From: Cycas panzhihuaensis
Taxonomy: Eukaryota > Plantae > Cycadophyta
Assembly (NCBI GenBank): GCA_023213395.1
Contig: CM041465.1
Span: 68,517,741 to 68,581,740 of the forward strand
Reading direction: 5' to 3'
Length of the DNA: 64,000 nt
Below the pieces are notes generated by a model. That model ran no database searches. It was not told the origin of the DNA and worked only from the letters and a program-made list of their open reading frames with translations. Shown in pieces: positions 1-12,299 of the stretch. The translations under genes were made by a program, and so were the position numbers. Position 1 is the stretch's first letter. The number at the start of each line of letters is the position of its first letter.

Positions 1-1221
1 TATATAACCATGGCCTTCCCAACAGTGCTAGATAGGGTGTTGCTCCTTTCTCTGTTTCCACAATCGTGAAGTCGATTAGCATTACTATCTCTGCCACGTC
101 TACTTTGATATTGGCTAGTCTGCCCATAGGTCGTACCAATAGTTCATTAGTCAATTTCAGCGAATAGGTCACCGCTTCCAACTTCGGGCTTCCCAATCTA
201 CGCCATGTTGCAGCTGGTAACACGTTCAACTCGCGCTCCATCAACAATTACCCGTGGGAAGGTTTCCCCCAAGACTGTCATGGTTACCATCGGATCCATA
301 TCGAATGATGGTATGATTTGCTTCAAACTCTTAGTAATTCCCTTCTGTAACACTCCTCCTTTGATCCGATCAATAACTTGGGACAGAGGAATAGTCAATC
401 AGAATCGCTTTCACCGATTTTCCATCAATAGCAACATTTTGGGGATATCCTCTGGGCAATCCTTTGAAAAGCTCTTCCATTTGCACCATTTGGGGCTTTG
501 TCTTAAGTTCTTCCGGTAGTTTTTCTTGTTTCTTTTGTTTATTCTTTCGTACATAGACGTATTTCGCTTCGGTTTACCCATTGGTAATGTATTCTCCTCC
601 TGACTAGGCCATCTAACACTTGTTTCGCTTTTCTATACCGATCCATTTCGCCGGTGGATCCGGATATCCTTCATCCAATTTCTCTTCTGCTTGTTTTGTA
701 ATTTGACATTCTTGGTTTCGCACGATTCTCATCGTTAGTCGCTTTGGCTTTCCCTTTGCAATCCTCTGCTTTGTGGTCACTTGGGCCACGATTCTGATCT
801 GAATAGCTTCTGTCGTATTCACCGCTTATTAGGCATTCTAACTTCCGGTGCGAATCAAGATGATGAGGCATCTCCCCATTGGCGGTTTCTTCCCGAGGGT
901 TTTGGTGCGCCTCGTTGTATACACGCCCAAGGTGGGTTGCCTCCCTTCCCCAACCTCGTCCTCCGAATGCTTTTTCCTGGGATTGTAAAACAATCCTTAG
1001 TTGTATGTGTATCAACGTCACATATATGGCACCACTTCTCTTGTTGGTGCAACGACTTGTTTTAAATTTAAATCACATTCCTTGGTGGTATGTGAGTTTT
1101 CTTCGCAAATGTGGTACCACTTGGTTACTCTTCCAGTGTGCTCTTTCTTTTTGGGTGTTTCCTCTTCTTCACGGTTATTTCTAATTTTCAATCTAGCCAC
1201 CTCTTTTCTTAATGCCTCCAA
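1..1221 (-). pseudogene. Disrupted Gag C-terminus (two CCHC-like knuckles) and aspartic protease
   Basis: KWYHICEENSHTTKEC and KWCHICDVDTHTTKDC; RVIVDG protease motif, then after a frameshift ...LKLTNELLVRPMGRLANIKVDV...YLALLGRPWL; stops and frameshifts. Confidence 0.75.
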
Positions 1222-1233
1222 CTCTGATTCCTC

Positions 1234-2388
1234 TTACGCTACCCCTACAGCGGAAGGGTCATTGTACTGGTTTTGCTTCAACTCTCTAATCTCGTCCTGT
1301 AATCTCAGCAGCAAGGAGTCTTGTCCTCCCGCTTGTGCATCCATTTCCATTTCAAAATCTAATGCTAGATCTTGAGCATTCTTGAATGATTTCAGTGGAT
1401 GAGCATGCATCATGGCTCGCAACTTCTCATTCAGCCCTCTTACAAAGTAATTCTTCATATTATGATCTGTTATCGTTTCATTGATCATGCTCGCCGCAAT
1501 AATTTTCATTCGGCTAATGTAAGTTATGACGGATTCTCCCGGCCTCTGTTTGATCTCTCGTAGTGCGATTTCCACTGCTTCATTACTGCGAAATTTTTGA
1601 AATCTCTCTTCGAATGCTTTCTTAAGTTTCACCCATGGCTCATTCTTATTTGTTTCCTTATACCACGCCAAGGGTACTCCTCTTAACATACAAGCGAATC
1701 GTGCTTTGATTTCATCTTCGTCTGTAGTCTTTTTTACATCAATAAGGCTCTGAAATAGATATACATGCTCTGCTGCGTTTGAAGTATCATTAAAGATTAG
1801 TTTCCCAAAGTCTCTATAGTCGTCCATTTTGGGAGATTGTAACTGCCCCCCACCTGATGGTGATTTTTCCTTTCCTCCCTCCTTTGGGAATGCACTGGGA
1901 GTGCCTACCGCTGTACTACCTTTTCCAAACAACAGATTCTTAAATGGAGTTTTTATATGTATGGGTTCCACTACACCTGGAACTTGTATAGTCAATGGTG
2001 TTACCGTAATATAAGATTGATCAGAACCCCTTTCTGTCGAATCTTCAAAAAGTTGTCTCGTTAGCTTATTCTCCCAATATGCCGAGGGACCTTCCTCTGC
2101 CTTCTTTTCGCTGTCGCTTGGGTCCTTCAGACTATCCTCCACAGGTATACTTCCCTCTTTTAAGGTTTCTTGTTGCTTTTCATCAACTTTTGGTTTCCCT
2201 TCAATTTCTGGGCTAAACAAATCATCTCTGATTGGGGCTAGTGTCAATACCATACGTTCGCCATGAGTTTCCTCCTCCTGAGGTGTCTGGGCTCCACTTG
2301 CCTCAGATCCTTCAACGGACTGTCCCTTAGTCTCGTTGTTTTGCGAACTTAACCTCCTCGCCCTTATGAGTTTTGATTTTTTGACCAT
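1234..2388 (-). CDS. Retrotransposon Gag (capsid) ORF, 384 aa, probably prematurely terminated before the zinc knuckles
   Basis: Retrotrans_gag-like segment FACMLRGVPLAWY...WVKLKKAFEERF...IKQRPGESVITYISR...YFVRGL; the same frame resumes after the TAA. Confidence 0.85.
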   Translation of the reverse strand: MVKKSKLIRARRLSSQNNETKGQSVEGSEASGAQTPQEEETHGERMVLTLAPIRDDLFSPEIEGKPKVDEKQQETLKEGSIPVEDSLKDPSDSEKKAEEGPSAYWENKLTRQLFEDSTERGSDQSYITVTPLTIQVPGVVEPIHIKTPFKNLLFGKGSTAVGTPSAFPKEGGKEKSPSGGGQLQSPKMDDYRDFGKLIFNDTSNAAEHVYLFQSLIDVKKTTDEDEIKARFACMLRGVPLAWYKETNKNEPWVKLKKAFEERFQKFRSNEAVEIALREIKQRPGESVITYISRMKIIAASMINETITDHNMKNYFVRGLNEKLRAMMHAHPLKSFKNAQDLALDFEMEMDAQAGGQDSLLLRLQDEIRELKQNQYNDPSAVGVA

Positions 2389-2597
2389 CTTAGTGCCCTT
2401 TGTCTGCTGGTTTCCTTTTCCTTGGGTGAAGTATCCTTCTGGGGCTCTTCCAACCTTGAAGGCCTCTTAGGTGGCATTGGAAGGTCCCACAGGTGGCTTA
2501 GTTACAGACCGCCATCACGACGGCAGCCAGGGTCCTCTACCCTTTACACATTCTTTGCTTTGAAACTCCTAGGCCCTGTCCCTCCTCAACAGACATA

Positions 2598-2610
2598 GGC
2601 AACGGAACCA
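2598..2610 (-). promoter_or_regulatory. Primer binding site complementary to plant tRNA-Glu
   Basis: Minus strand TGGTTCCGTTGCC, 1 nt after the LTR end; complement of the tRNA-Glu 3' end GGCAACGGAACCA (tRNA sequence recalled, not searched). Confidence 0.8.
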
Positions 2611-2611
2611 A

Positions 2612-3435
2612 TGTTGACTTGGGTTGTTCCCACTACACTTGTGGGAACAGTGCACTTGTCAAGGTTACACAGTGCTATAGTCTAGTTTAGGATACTGTCA
2701 ACATGGTTATTCACATACATTCCACATATAATTCACATATATTTCACAGAATGGTACATGAAGATGTAAATCAATACATACTCAAAGAAATCATCATCAC
2801 AACACCAAGAATACATCATTTTCCACGTAACTCTTCCTTTTATTAAGTCAACAGGTCAATTACACAGAGGTTGGAATGCATTCCTGAGCATTCCAAAGAA
2901 GATACGCTTTTTGTTACATATGCGTACCGGATGGTACTTATCATACGATGATGCTCCAAATGGTCATCATACGCATCGGCTCCTGCACCTTTGCGTATCC
3001 GTGATAATCGGCTCTCACCCTAACCTGGTGAATCATGCGTACCTCCTTAAGTACTCATGTTGGTACCTTTTGGCTGAAGGGTTATGATTGCCTATCATAA
3101 CCGCATTCGATCATGCGTACCCTTTCATTAATCACTTGTTAAGCACTTAATTAATTCATCCTTTGTGTCCGTATGTCCGTACGTACGTCTGGCATCTCAA
3201 CAGGTCTTCACTGGTCCCTTTGAGTCGCATGCATCGCTCGCTTGGTCCCATTCCGTCGTTGGTACGTATCCGCCATGCGTGCCCTGTGCACGCACCGCCA
3301 TACGCACTCCAAAATGCTAGTTTTTACGCTGCTTTGCCTCGTGCATACCTCTGCATTTCCTGCACCTACACAACTTAGGTTATCTAACCTACCTCTGGTC
3401 CTCACACAGCTATTGGATCACTTTTGACTCCAACA
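2612..3435 (-). repeat. 5' LTR (824 bp) of the tRNA-Glu-primed Gypsy
   Basis: TGTTG/CAACA terminal inverted repeats; the host integrase frame breaks exactly at 3435. Confidence 0.8.
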
Positions 3436-6293
3436 TAGGCTACTTCTCCAATCCTTCCCTAGAATTTGTATGGATCGTGGAATCTAGGTGCAAGTTTGTA
3501 TTTCCCTTGCTACTTAAGAGAGGTTTGTTAATATGGTTCTAACCTTACATAGACCCAATCTCCTACTTCAAATTGGCTTTTAGTCCTATTCTAGTCAACT
3601 TGTTGCTTCATCTAATTGTCTACGACATTATAATTTTGCTTGAGCTCTTTTAAAATTTTCTCATATTATGTTATTGATTCCTCAATTACAAGAGTTTTTA
3701 TTATACCCCAAATATATTCCACTGGTGTAGGAGGTGGATGACCATATAATGCCATGAAGGGTGTTGTCTTGGTGGAGGAGTGATAATTGGTGTCATACCA
3801 ATATTCAACTAGGTGGACCCATTTCACCCATTTGGACAGGGTATTTCCAACATAACATTGTAAATAGGCCTCTAGGCTTTTGTTGACCATTTCAGTATGT
3901 CCGTCTAGTTGGGGTTAGTGCTCATGGCAAGTTAGGTCCCTACTAATTTAAATAAGCCCTTCCAAAAATGGCTTGTAACTTTTGGATCTTTATTGCTAAC
4001 TATTATTTTAGGAAAGCCGTGTAGCTTATGGACGTCCTCCATAAATATCTCAACTATCTGAGATGTTTTGTATGATGATTGGATGGGGATGAAATGTGTA
4101 TATTTTGTCATACATCCCACTACTATAAATAGGGCATACTTGGTTCCTGACTTTGAAAGTCCAGTTATAAAGCCCATAAATATTTCTTCCCATTTTTGTA
4201 CGGGTCATTTTAAGTGTTGTAGTAACCTTAGAGCCTAAATTGACTTAGCCTTTTGTCTTTGACAGGTCTCACACTAAGAGACGAATCTTTTTACGTCGGC
4301 CTTCATTCCCTTCTACTAGAATGACCCTTTTATCCTTTCATAAGTTTTGAAGAACCCTGAACATTCAATTGTGGGTGAGTCATGATGCTCCCTAAGGGCT
4401 ACATTTTTAAATCGTGATCCTTGGGGTAAGTAGATTCTATTCTTATTGTTTGAGTATCTTGATCCTCAGCAAGTATATCCAACTCGTCCTCTTGGCTCCG
4501 TGGATGTAACGATCTAGGGTTGATCCTAGGCATGTTAGTGGCTTGTGTCGGGACCAATTCCACCCAAGTCTTTTGGTGCTGCAACAACTCCTACATGGTA
4601 TTAGAGTGGGTGCTAGGGTTCGAGTCACCTTGTCTAAAAGTTCAGTTTGGGGGCAGGTGTTGGAGTATCCTGATCCTCGATAGGCGTATCCAACCTGTTC
4701 TCTTGGATCCATGGGTGTACCAACCTGGGGTTGATCCTGGGCATGTTAGTGGATTGTGTTGAGACCAATTCCACCCAGGTCTTTTGGTCCTACAACAACC
4801 CCTAAACTTATAAAGTAGGGTGCTTCCCTTCTTTGTCCAAGGAGTCTCTACTAGTTCTTCAGAATTTTTGCCCATGATTGCCTTTGTCTCTATATCTTGT
4901 AAATATTCATGGTGTAATTCTTCAAGCCAAGTAGGAACAGTTACAATGATGGTTGAGTAGTTGGCATCTTCATACTTTCTTGATAGTGCATCAGCTATGA
5001 TGTTCTCGTTTCTTCTCTTATATGATATCTCAAAGTCATGATCCTAGATTTTGCTAAACCACTTTTGTTGCTTCTCAGATAAATTTTGTTGTGTTAGAAA
5101 ATACTTTAGGCTATGATGGTTGGTCCTAATGATAAATTTTGTCTCCAACGAGTATTGCCTCCATTTTGCTAAGGGCATGTAAGATGGCTAACATCTCCTT
5201 ATCATAAGTGCTCTTAGCTCTTTCTCGCACATTTAGTGTTCGGCTTTCATATGCAATGGGGTTTTGTTCTATAGTAGAGTTGTGCCTACCCATGTGCTTG
5301 ATGCATCATAATCTACTATGAATGGCTGGGTGAAGTCTAGCATGGGCAAGACTAGAATTGTGGTGATCGCCTCTTTTAATTTTTCAAAACCTGAGCCAAC
5401 GTTCTTATCCCAATTAAAGTTATCCCTTTGGTAAGATCAGTTAGGGGTCTAGCTATATTGGCATATCCTTTGATGAATTTTTGACAACATTCGATGATTC
5501 CTAAAACCCTCCTTAATTTTGATATATTTTTTGGTATGGGCCGATCAAGGATAGCTTGTACTTTTGCAGGATCAATTCTGATTCCATCTTATGAAATAAT
5601 GTGTCCAAGGTATTCAAGAGTTTTCCTTCCAAAATAGCATTTTGATTTCTTTGCAAAAACTTGGTTGTCCCAAAGAACTTGCAATATTAGTTGGATGGGT
5701 ACCAAATGCTCTTGCTATGTTTTGCTATAGATGAGAATATCATCAAAGAAGACTATGACAAACCTCCTTAAAGAGGGCACAAATACATGATTCATATTTT
5801 CTTGGAATGTTGGTGGGGCAGTGGTTAGTCCAAATGGAATCACTTTAAATTCGTATAGTGCTTGGTGTGTTTGGAAGGTTGTTTTTTCTACATCCTGAGG
5901 TCTGATTGGTATTTGGTTGTATCCTGAGTGTAGATAGATCTTGGTAAAATATCTTACTCCATGTAACTCATCTAAAATGTTATCCATACGTGGAATAGGG
6001 TGTTTGTTTTTTAGTGTTATCCTATTTAGGGTTCTGTAATCAACACACATTCAAAAGGACCCATCTTTCTTCCTACTTAAGACAACCAGGGCTGCATAAG
6101 GGCTTTTGCTTGGTACAATGGTGCCAGAATCAAATAACTCTTGTGAAGTCTCTCTATTTTCATCTTATGTTTATGTCTATACTAATATAGGTGAACGATA
6201 GTAGGCCGTTTCCTTGGTTTTAGTTTAATGATATGCTTTATGTTCCGACTAGGGGGTGGAGTTCTTAGCAGTTCTTGGAAAATGTCTTGATAA
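3436..6293 (-). mobile_element. Degenerate chromovirus-type (Reina-like) Gypsy pol: RT, RNase H, integrase
   Basis: MCVDYRTLN...PFGLTTAP...FFDDILIYS (RT), LVEYWYDT and VHKLHGFPKIIVS (integrase); many stops; similar to the element at 51980-58088. Confidence 0.9.
4447..4806 (+). mobile_element. TRIM (terminal-repeat retrotransposon in miniature), 360 bp
   Basis: 149-bp LTRs at 4447-4595 and 4658-4806, PBS TGGTATTAGAG at 4596, PPT GGGGGCAGG, TSD CTTAT on both sides. Removing it restores the host frame GSTLLYK/NRIYLPQG. Confidence 0.92.
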
Positions 6294-9200
6294 TGTTAAA
6301 GATAATGTTTTATTTAGAACATTAAGTTAGAGGTTAATGAGGGACATGTGTCATTCCTCTTCTCTGTAATAGTGACAAGTGGCAGACAAGTGGCTTACAT
6401 GTAGTAAGCAGTTACAAAACATTTCATGTATTTATAGAGAGATACTCTCACATAATCAATAATCCTTCTTCATTCAAAGTCAGTTTCCTTTCATGGTATC
6501 AGAGCAGGGCAAATAGCCTATTCGATAAAATTCTGAAGGAAGTTTGTCCCTGAAGTAACTAAGTGAGTCTGAAACAGATAGCAAGCCATTCATTAAATCC
6601 AAGATCGGTGAGTAAACTAGACAAAGTAGGGAAAAGAATCCTTGAGTACGGACTTGTACGACACTATATGGACGTGGTACAAACCAGAAAACTTAAAGTG
6701 CTCAGAATCTCATGAAATTTCACCAGGGGATGGTTTTTGATAAGACCATCATTTCTTCTAACAGGATCGAGTCCATTCGAGGTCTCTTTCAGGTAGTTTT
6801 GGCCCATTTTCAGTGTGCGTGGGTTTGGACATTCCTCTACATTTTTTGCTCAAATCACTCAAAGTTTTCGAGTGATACTAGATGAAATTTGTTCTCATGT
6901 ACTGTCCACTTCATTTGAATCCACTTTCACGTCTTTTGATTGAGTATTTTGGAAAATACGAATATTTTTTAAAAAATCCCTAGCTACAGTTTGTCATTTT
7001 TGAGCTAGATTCTGAGCGAACAAAGACTGATCTCCACAAGATACTTACATATTTGAGATCCTCACATCATAACGTCTCTTTTGCACCCCCTTTCTTTTTG
7101 TACAATTATACTTTTGTACAGAATTCCGAACAATCGTATGGCCAGTCTAGAAAATTAGTCTGATAACTTTAGCACGTTCCTCAAAATGGCCCCCCCATTC
7201 TTGTTTTGAATGACCAAGATAAGTTGACTGAAACAAACTATTTTGTCTGGAAATTTAAGATAGAAACCTTGTTGAGAGCAAAAAATGCCTAGAACATAGC
7301 TACAAGAATTAGAAAAAGGCCAACCAATGCTCCTAATCAAACTAATTGGGATGAGAGAAATAGCTTAAGAGTAATAATTTTGAAATTGTCCATCGCAGAG
7401 CCTCTTTTGGTGTATGAATTCCTGTGAAGATACTTGAAAAGTGTTTTCCAATATTCATAGCCAAAAAAATCAGGCCAAGATCATAGCTTTAAAGGAGGAA
7501 TTATTCAAATTACACATGAAAGAAATAGAGAGCATTTCGGAATTTATTTGTAAAATGACTTCAATCAAGAATTATTTAATTAGTGCAGGAACCAATCTAC
7601 CTGAATAGAAGATTGTCGAAATGATTATAAATAAGCTCCCAAAATCCTTTGATAACATGGTAAACTCCTTAATAAATAATGATTAGATTGCTACCATGTC
7701 TCTTAAAAATTTAACAAGACTTCTTTTCAGGCAAGAACAAAGGAATAGGAGATACGAAGAGGAGACAAAAATTGAAGAGGCTTTCTTATCCAAACTTAGC
7801 CTTGCTTGTAGAGGACAAGGATAACCAGTCTCAAGAGGTCAAGGAAGGAACCCCACATTAGAAGTCAATCTAGAGGAAGATGGCAAGAAAGCAGAGGCAG
7901 AGGACATTCAATTCCACCTAGAGATACCAGAGTTTGCTTCAACTATGATAAACCTGGGCACTTCTCCAACAGTTGCAAAGTATTCAATGTTTGCTATCAT
8001 TATGGACAAGGAGGTCACTTTCCCTATCAGTGCTCTCAAAGGAGAGCTGATATTCAGAGAGGGAAAAGACTTGTTGAAAATTATAGTAAAGAACAGAACA
8101 ATTTCGAAGGAGATGATGAAAAAATTGCATTCATAATTGCACTTACTACTAGTCTTAAAGATGAAGATGTCTAGTATATTGAGTCAGGAGCATCCAGTCA
8201 TATGATAGGTCACAAAAAATGGTTTGAATCTTTGAAGCCCTACTCTTTAAATAAATCAATAGAGTTAGGGAATAAATATCCACTCAATATTCAAGGGATT
8301 GGAATAATAGTAGTTGAGATAAAAGGTAAAATACAGAAATTTGGGAATGTTCTCTTTGTACCAGGACTAAAAAAAAATCCTCCTAGTCTCTTAACTCGGA
8401 AAGAAAAAGCTAAGGACCATTTTTGATGAGGATGGATACTATCACATTTTAGATATGAAAAAGAGAGGAATTGTGATTGTTAAGGATATAAAAAGCAATG
8501 ATCTCTATAAATTGCTTTCTAATCCTATCATTACAAAAAATGATCTAAAAGCTTTTGTTGTTGCAAACATTGATAATAATAAACTCTGGCATTTGAAGTA
8601 TGGACATATCTCCCTTGATACATTAGAATTGTTGAGGAATTCAAATATGGTTAATGGACTTCAAGACATAACATTTCACTCATTTGTTTGCAAAGGATGT
8701 TTGCTTGGTATACAACATTGTTACCCTTTTCAAAGAAGTGATCCTCACACACCTTGGGCGAAAGCATTCCACACATTAGCCTATGTGGCAAATAGAAGTC
8801 CTACTTCAACAGTCACTGACATCACACCAGAGGAGCCTTAGTCTGGTAGAAAGCTAACAGTTAGCCATTTTAGGACCTTTGGGTGCACTGCTTATATGCA
8901 CATTCCCCATTAGCAAAGATCAAAGTTAGATCAAAATAATCTCAAATGTATTTTTGTTGGCTATGGTGCTCACAATAAAGCATATAAGTTATATGATCCT
9001 ATTGCTAAGAAAATGCATCTTTCAAGAAATGTAATCTTTATTGAATAAGATAATGAGGAATTGGAATCAGCATCCATCCAACCTCCTATTGAAAAGGTTA
9101 AGCAGATTGTTGAGGATTTCCTTCTGTCACAACCATCCACAGCATGTACATCTTTTGCAATGGTTGTTTCTTCATCTACTTCAGATTCAGCTCCACTTGA

Positions 9201-11304
9201 TCCTAGCACTTCTTCTGTTGATCAACCATTATGACAAGAAGACATTGAGGTTAAAGTTACATCTATCAAAAAGCTACCCAAATGGTATTTTCAGAAAATG
9301 AAGGACAACCGAGTCTTAGAAGGAAAACACACATCAAAGATGCAACAGCAAACTAATTATACACTTATAGTTGAAGTATTGTGTGTTGATGAGCCTTCCA
9401 CTTTTGAGGAGCCATATAAAAATGAAAATTAAAAGGCTGCCATGGATGAAGAGATCCATTCTATTGAAAATAATAGAACATGGGATTTGGTAGAATTGGC
9501 TAAAAACAAATAGGCAATCAATTGCAAATGGGTTTATAAAACCAAATTCCACTCTAACGGTTCGCTTAAGCGTCAGAAGGTTCGACTCGTTGCAAAGGGT
9601 TTCAAACAAAAGGAAGGCATTGACTATGAGGAGACCTTTGGACTAGTTGCAAACATGAATACCATCAGACTCATTTTGGCCTTAGCTACTCAATGCAAAT
9701 GGCCAATCTACCAAATGGACATGAAGAGTGTATTTCTCAACGACGATCTTCAAGAGGAGGTATATTTGAAGCAACATCTTGGTTACATTGTACAAAACAA
9801 AGAGCATTTGGGTTGTCACCTTAAAAAAAGCTTTGTATGGCTTAAAACAAGCCCCTAAAGCATGGTACTCTAAAATCGATGATTATTTTTTAAGACATAG
9901 ATATCATTGATCCACATTAAATCCTAGCTTATATATAAAAGTTAGGGAGGACCATGTAATCTTTATTGTCTTATATGTTGATGACTTAGTGATCACTAGA
10001 AATGACACTAAGATGATAGAAATTCTCCAAGGTGAAATTAAGAGAAGTTTTGAGATGACTTATCTTGGATTTCTCCATTATTTCTTAGGCTTGGAGGTAT
10101 GGCAATAGCCAGGTCATATCTTCATCTCCCAAGCAAAATATTTTTAGGACATTTTGCAACGTTTCAAAATGCAAGACTGTAAACCTAGCACCTACACCTA
10201 TGGAGAATTGAACTAAATTGACTCTTAATGAGGAAGCAGAACCAACAAATCCCACTTTATATCGGGAACTAGTTGGTAGCCTAATCTACCTCACCAATGC
10301 TAGACCGAACATTTCATTTGCTATTGGGATTTATTAGAGGTACATGTCTCAACCTAATCAGAAACATTAGAATGTAACAAAGCGTATAGTGAAATACATC
10401 AAAGGCACATTGTAGCATGGCTTTCGGTATACTCATAATGAGAACTTCATCTTGGAAGGGTTTTCAGATTCTGATTGGGCAGGTTGCTAAGATAACCGCA
10501 GATCAACCTTGGGATATTGTTTCACCCTTGGTTCAAGCGTCATTTCATGGAGTTGCAAGAAGCAACCCAATGTTACCTTGTCATCCATAAAAGCAAAGTA
10601 CAAAGCTACAGTCAGCACAAGTTGTGACGCTATTTGGCTCAAGAGGATTCTTGGAGAGCTTGGACTTGAGCAGATCACCCCACCAGGCTATATTGTGACA
10701 ATCAAAGTGTGCTCAAGTTAACCAAGAATCTAGTTTTTCATACAAGGACCAAGCACGTAGAGGTTTATCACCACTTCATCAGGGAGCATGTTCAAAAAGG
10801 TGAGATCAACCCCTTTTACAGGCCCACAGACCAGCAGACAGCAGATATCTTTACCAAGCCACTTGGTAAAGAAAAGTTTGAAAAATCAGAGATGGTTTTG
10901 GTGTCCGACTTAATATTGTAAACAGTAAGGAGAGTTGTTAAAGGGACACTTGTCCTACATGCAAAAGGTGTAGCTAGGATGTTTGACACTTGTCAAACAT
11001 CAAGCCCCTTAGGTCTCTCCTTCAACTCTATATGTTGAGACCAATTCTTCTATATTTCATATGGAGAGTGAGTAGTGTTGTTATGTTGCCAATTTGCTAA
11101 TCAAGCATTCATTCTTATTTGGAGATTAGACCAAGTCCGTCTCCTCCATATTGGTATTCTTATATTTGTGCTTTTTATGCTTATGCTTGCTTATAGTGCT
11201 CATTTCAATATTTGCTTTCATAGATGCTAATCATCCGATTTACAAGCAAATCTTTCCTCTCCTTAAGATCCTCAAGTTTATAAGCTTAATGCCCATTTCT
11301 AACA
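6294..11304 (+). mobile_element. Chimeric degenerate Ty1/Copia element lacking the integrase core
   Basis: 5' LTR 6294-6493, PBS TGGTATCAGAGC at 6494, gag/protease/GAG-pre-integrase, jump near 8738, RT (QMDMKSVFLN), RNase H (HTRTKHVEV...ADIFTKPL), PPT, then a different 3' LTR at 10936-11304; flanks GATAA and CAATC do not match. Confidence 0.85.
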
Positions 11305-11869
11305 CAATCCTTGATGGTAAATATAATAATGTCTAATAGTGATATTATTGTGGTAGAGTCATTAAGCATTAGAGTTATTTACTCAAAGTTGTGATAAGTG
11401 TGGGCAACATTAATTGTTGTGCAAACTCTCATTTGATTGGTTATTGTTAAGGTTCTCACACATTATGTCATTGGTGAATAATCGGTCCAACCTCATTTGT
11501 CATTAATGAGGTGAAGTACTTCTATATAAGAGCATACCATATTCATTGTAACTCATAAAGACACCTTGTACTTCTCCAATGGAACCTAGTTTGCCCTTAT
11601 CATATACTTGTTTAATATCTTCAATAATGAGATCTCATACATTTTATGGTGGATGTTTCCTTATCTTGAGGTTTTACCATGTTAAACCTTGTGTCTTAAT
11701 ATTGAATGTTTGATGTTCATTATCGTTGACTCTATGCTTTCGTGAGGATGATCATCTGTTATACATTATACTTAATGGTGAATGTTTCATATTAATGTGA
11801 TTTGATCCTAGTAATTGTACGGTGTTTGATAGTTGTCCTATGATGATATCAAACTTGGAAAATCTGACA
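11305..11869 (+). repeat. 5'-truncated LTR of the same family as the LTRs at 31621 and 35764
   Basis: Aligns by eye with 35764-36361 from CAATCC to the terminal ...AAACTTGGAAAATCTGACA. Confidence 0.8.
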
Positions 11870-12299
11870 ATCAATGCTCTAGAGCATGTCTCAATGCAAG
11901 TCAAAAGATGAGAGAATGGAAATTTAGTGCACAAGAGTATATTATTGAAATTTAGCATACATTATACTAAAGTGGTTGGTTTCGTGGGTTCAAGTTTGGC
12001 AAATTTTTAATAAAAATTTTAAAAAAAACTAACGAACATTGAATATAATCATTAAACACATACACAATGGCACATCGAACAATTTTGTGAATAAAAATAA
12101 TTAATACAATAATAAACATTTAGATTAATCATTAATCAACAAACATTTAATAATAAATAGATACACAATGACACACTAAACAATTATAATGAAAATCAAT
12201 CAAACTATCATTATTACATTATGATGTTCATGTGCAAAAGTGACAAATTTCAGTCATAAACTACTGATAAACACCAAATTGAAGGTAACAAACAAATGG

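Larger units (their letters stand above)
1..3435 (-). mobile_element. 5' part of a Ty3/Gypsy LTR retrotransposon (non-chromovirus, Tat/Athila-like), running off the window start
   Basis: 5' LTR 2612-3435 (minus strand TGTTG...CAACA), PBS right after it, gag ORF, zinc knuckles and an aspartic protease ending LLGRPWL. It is inserted into the integrase of the Gypsy element at 3436-6293, directly after ...GRIGEVAY. Confidence 0.88.

Noticed and set aside
2598-2696. tRNA-Glu gene
   Set aside because: Only two short tRNA-matching tracts in permuted order, with no cloverleaf; interpreted as primer-binding sequence.
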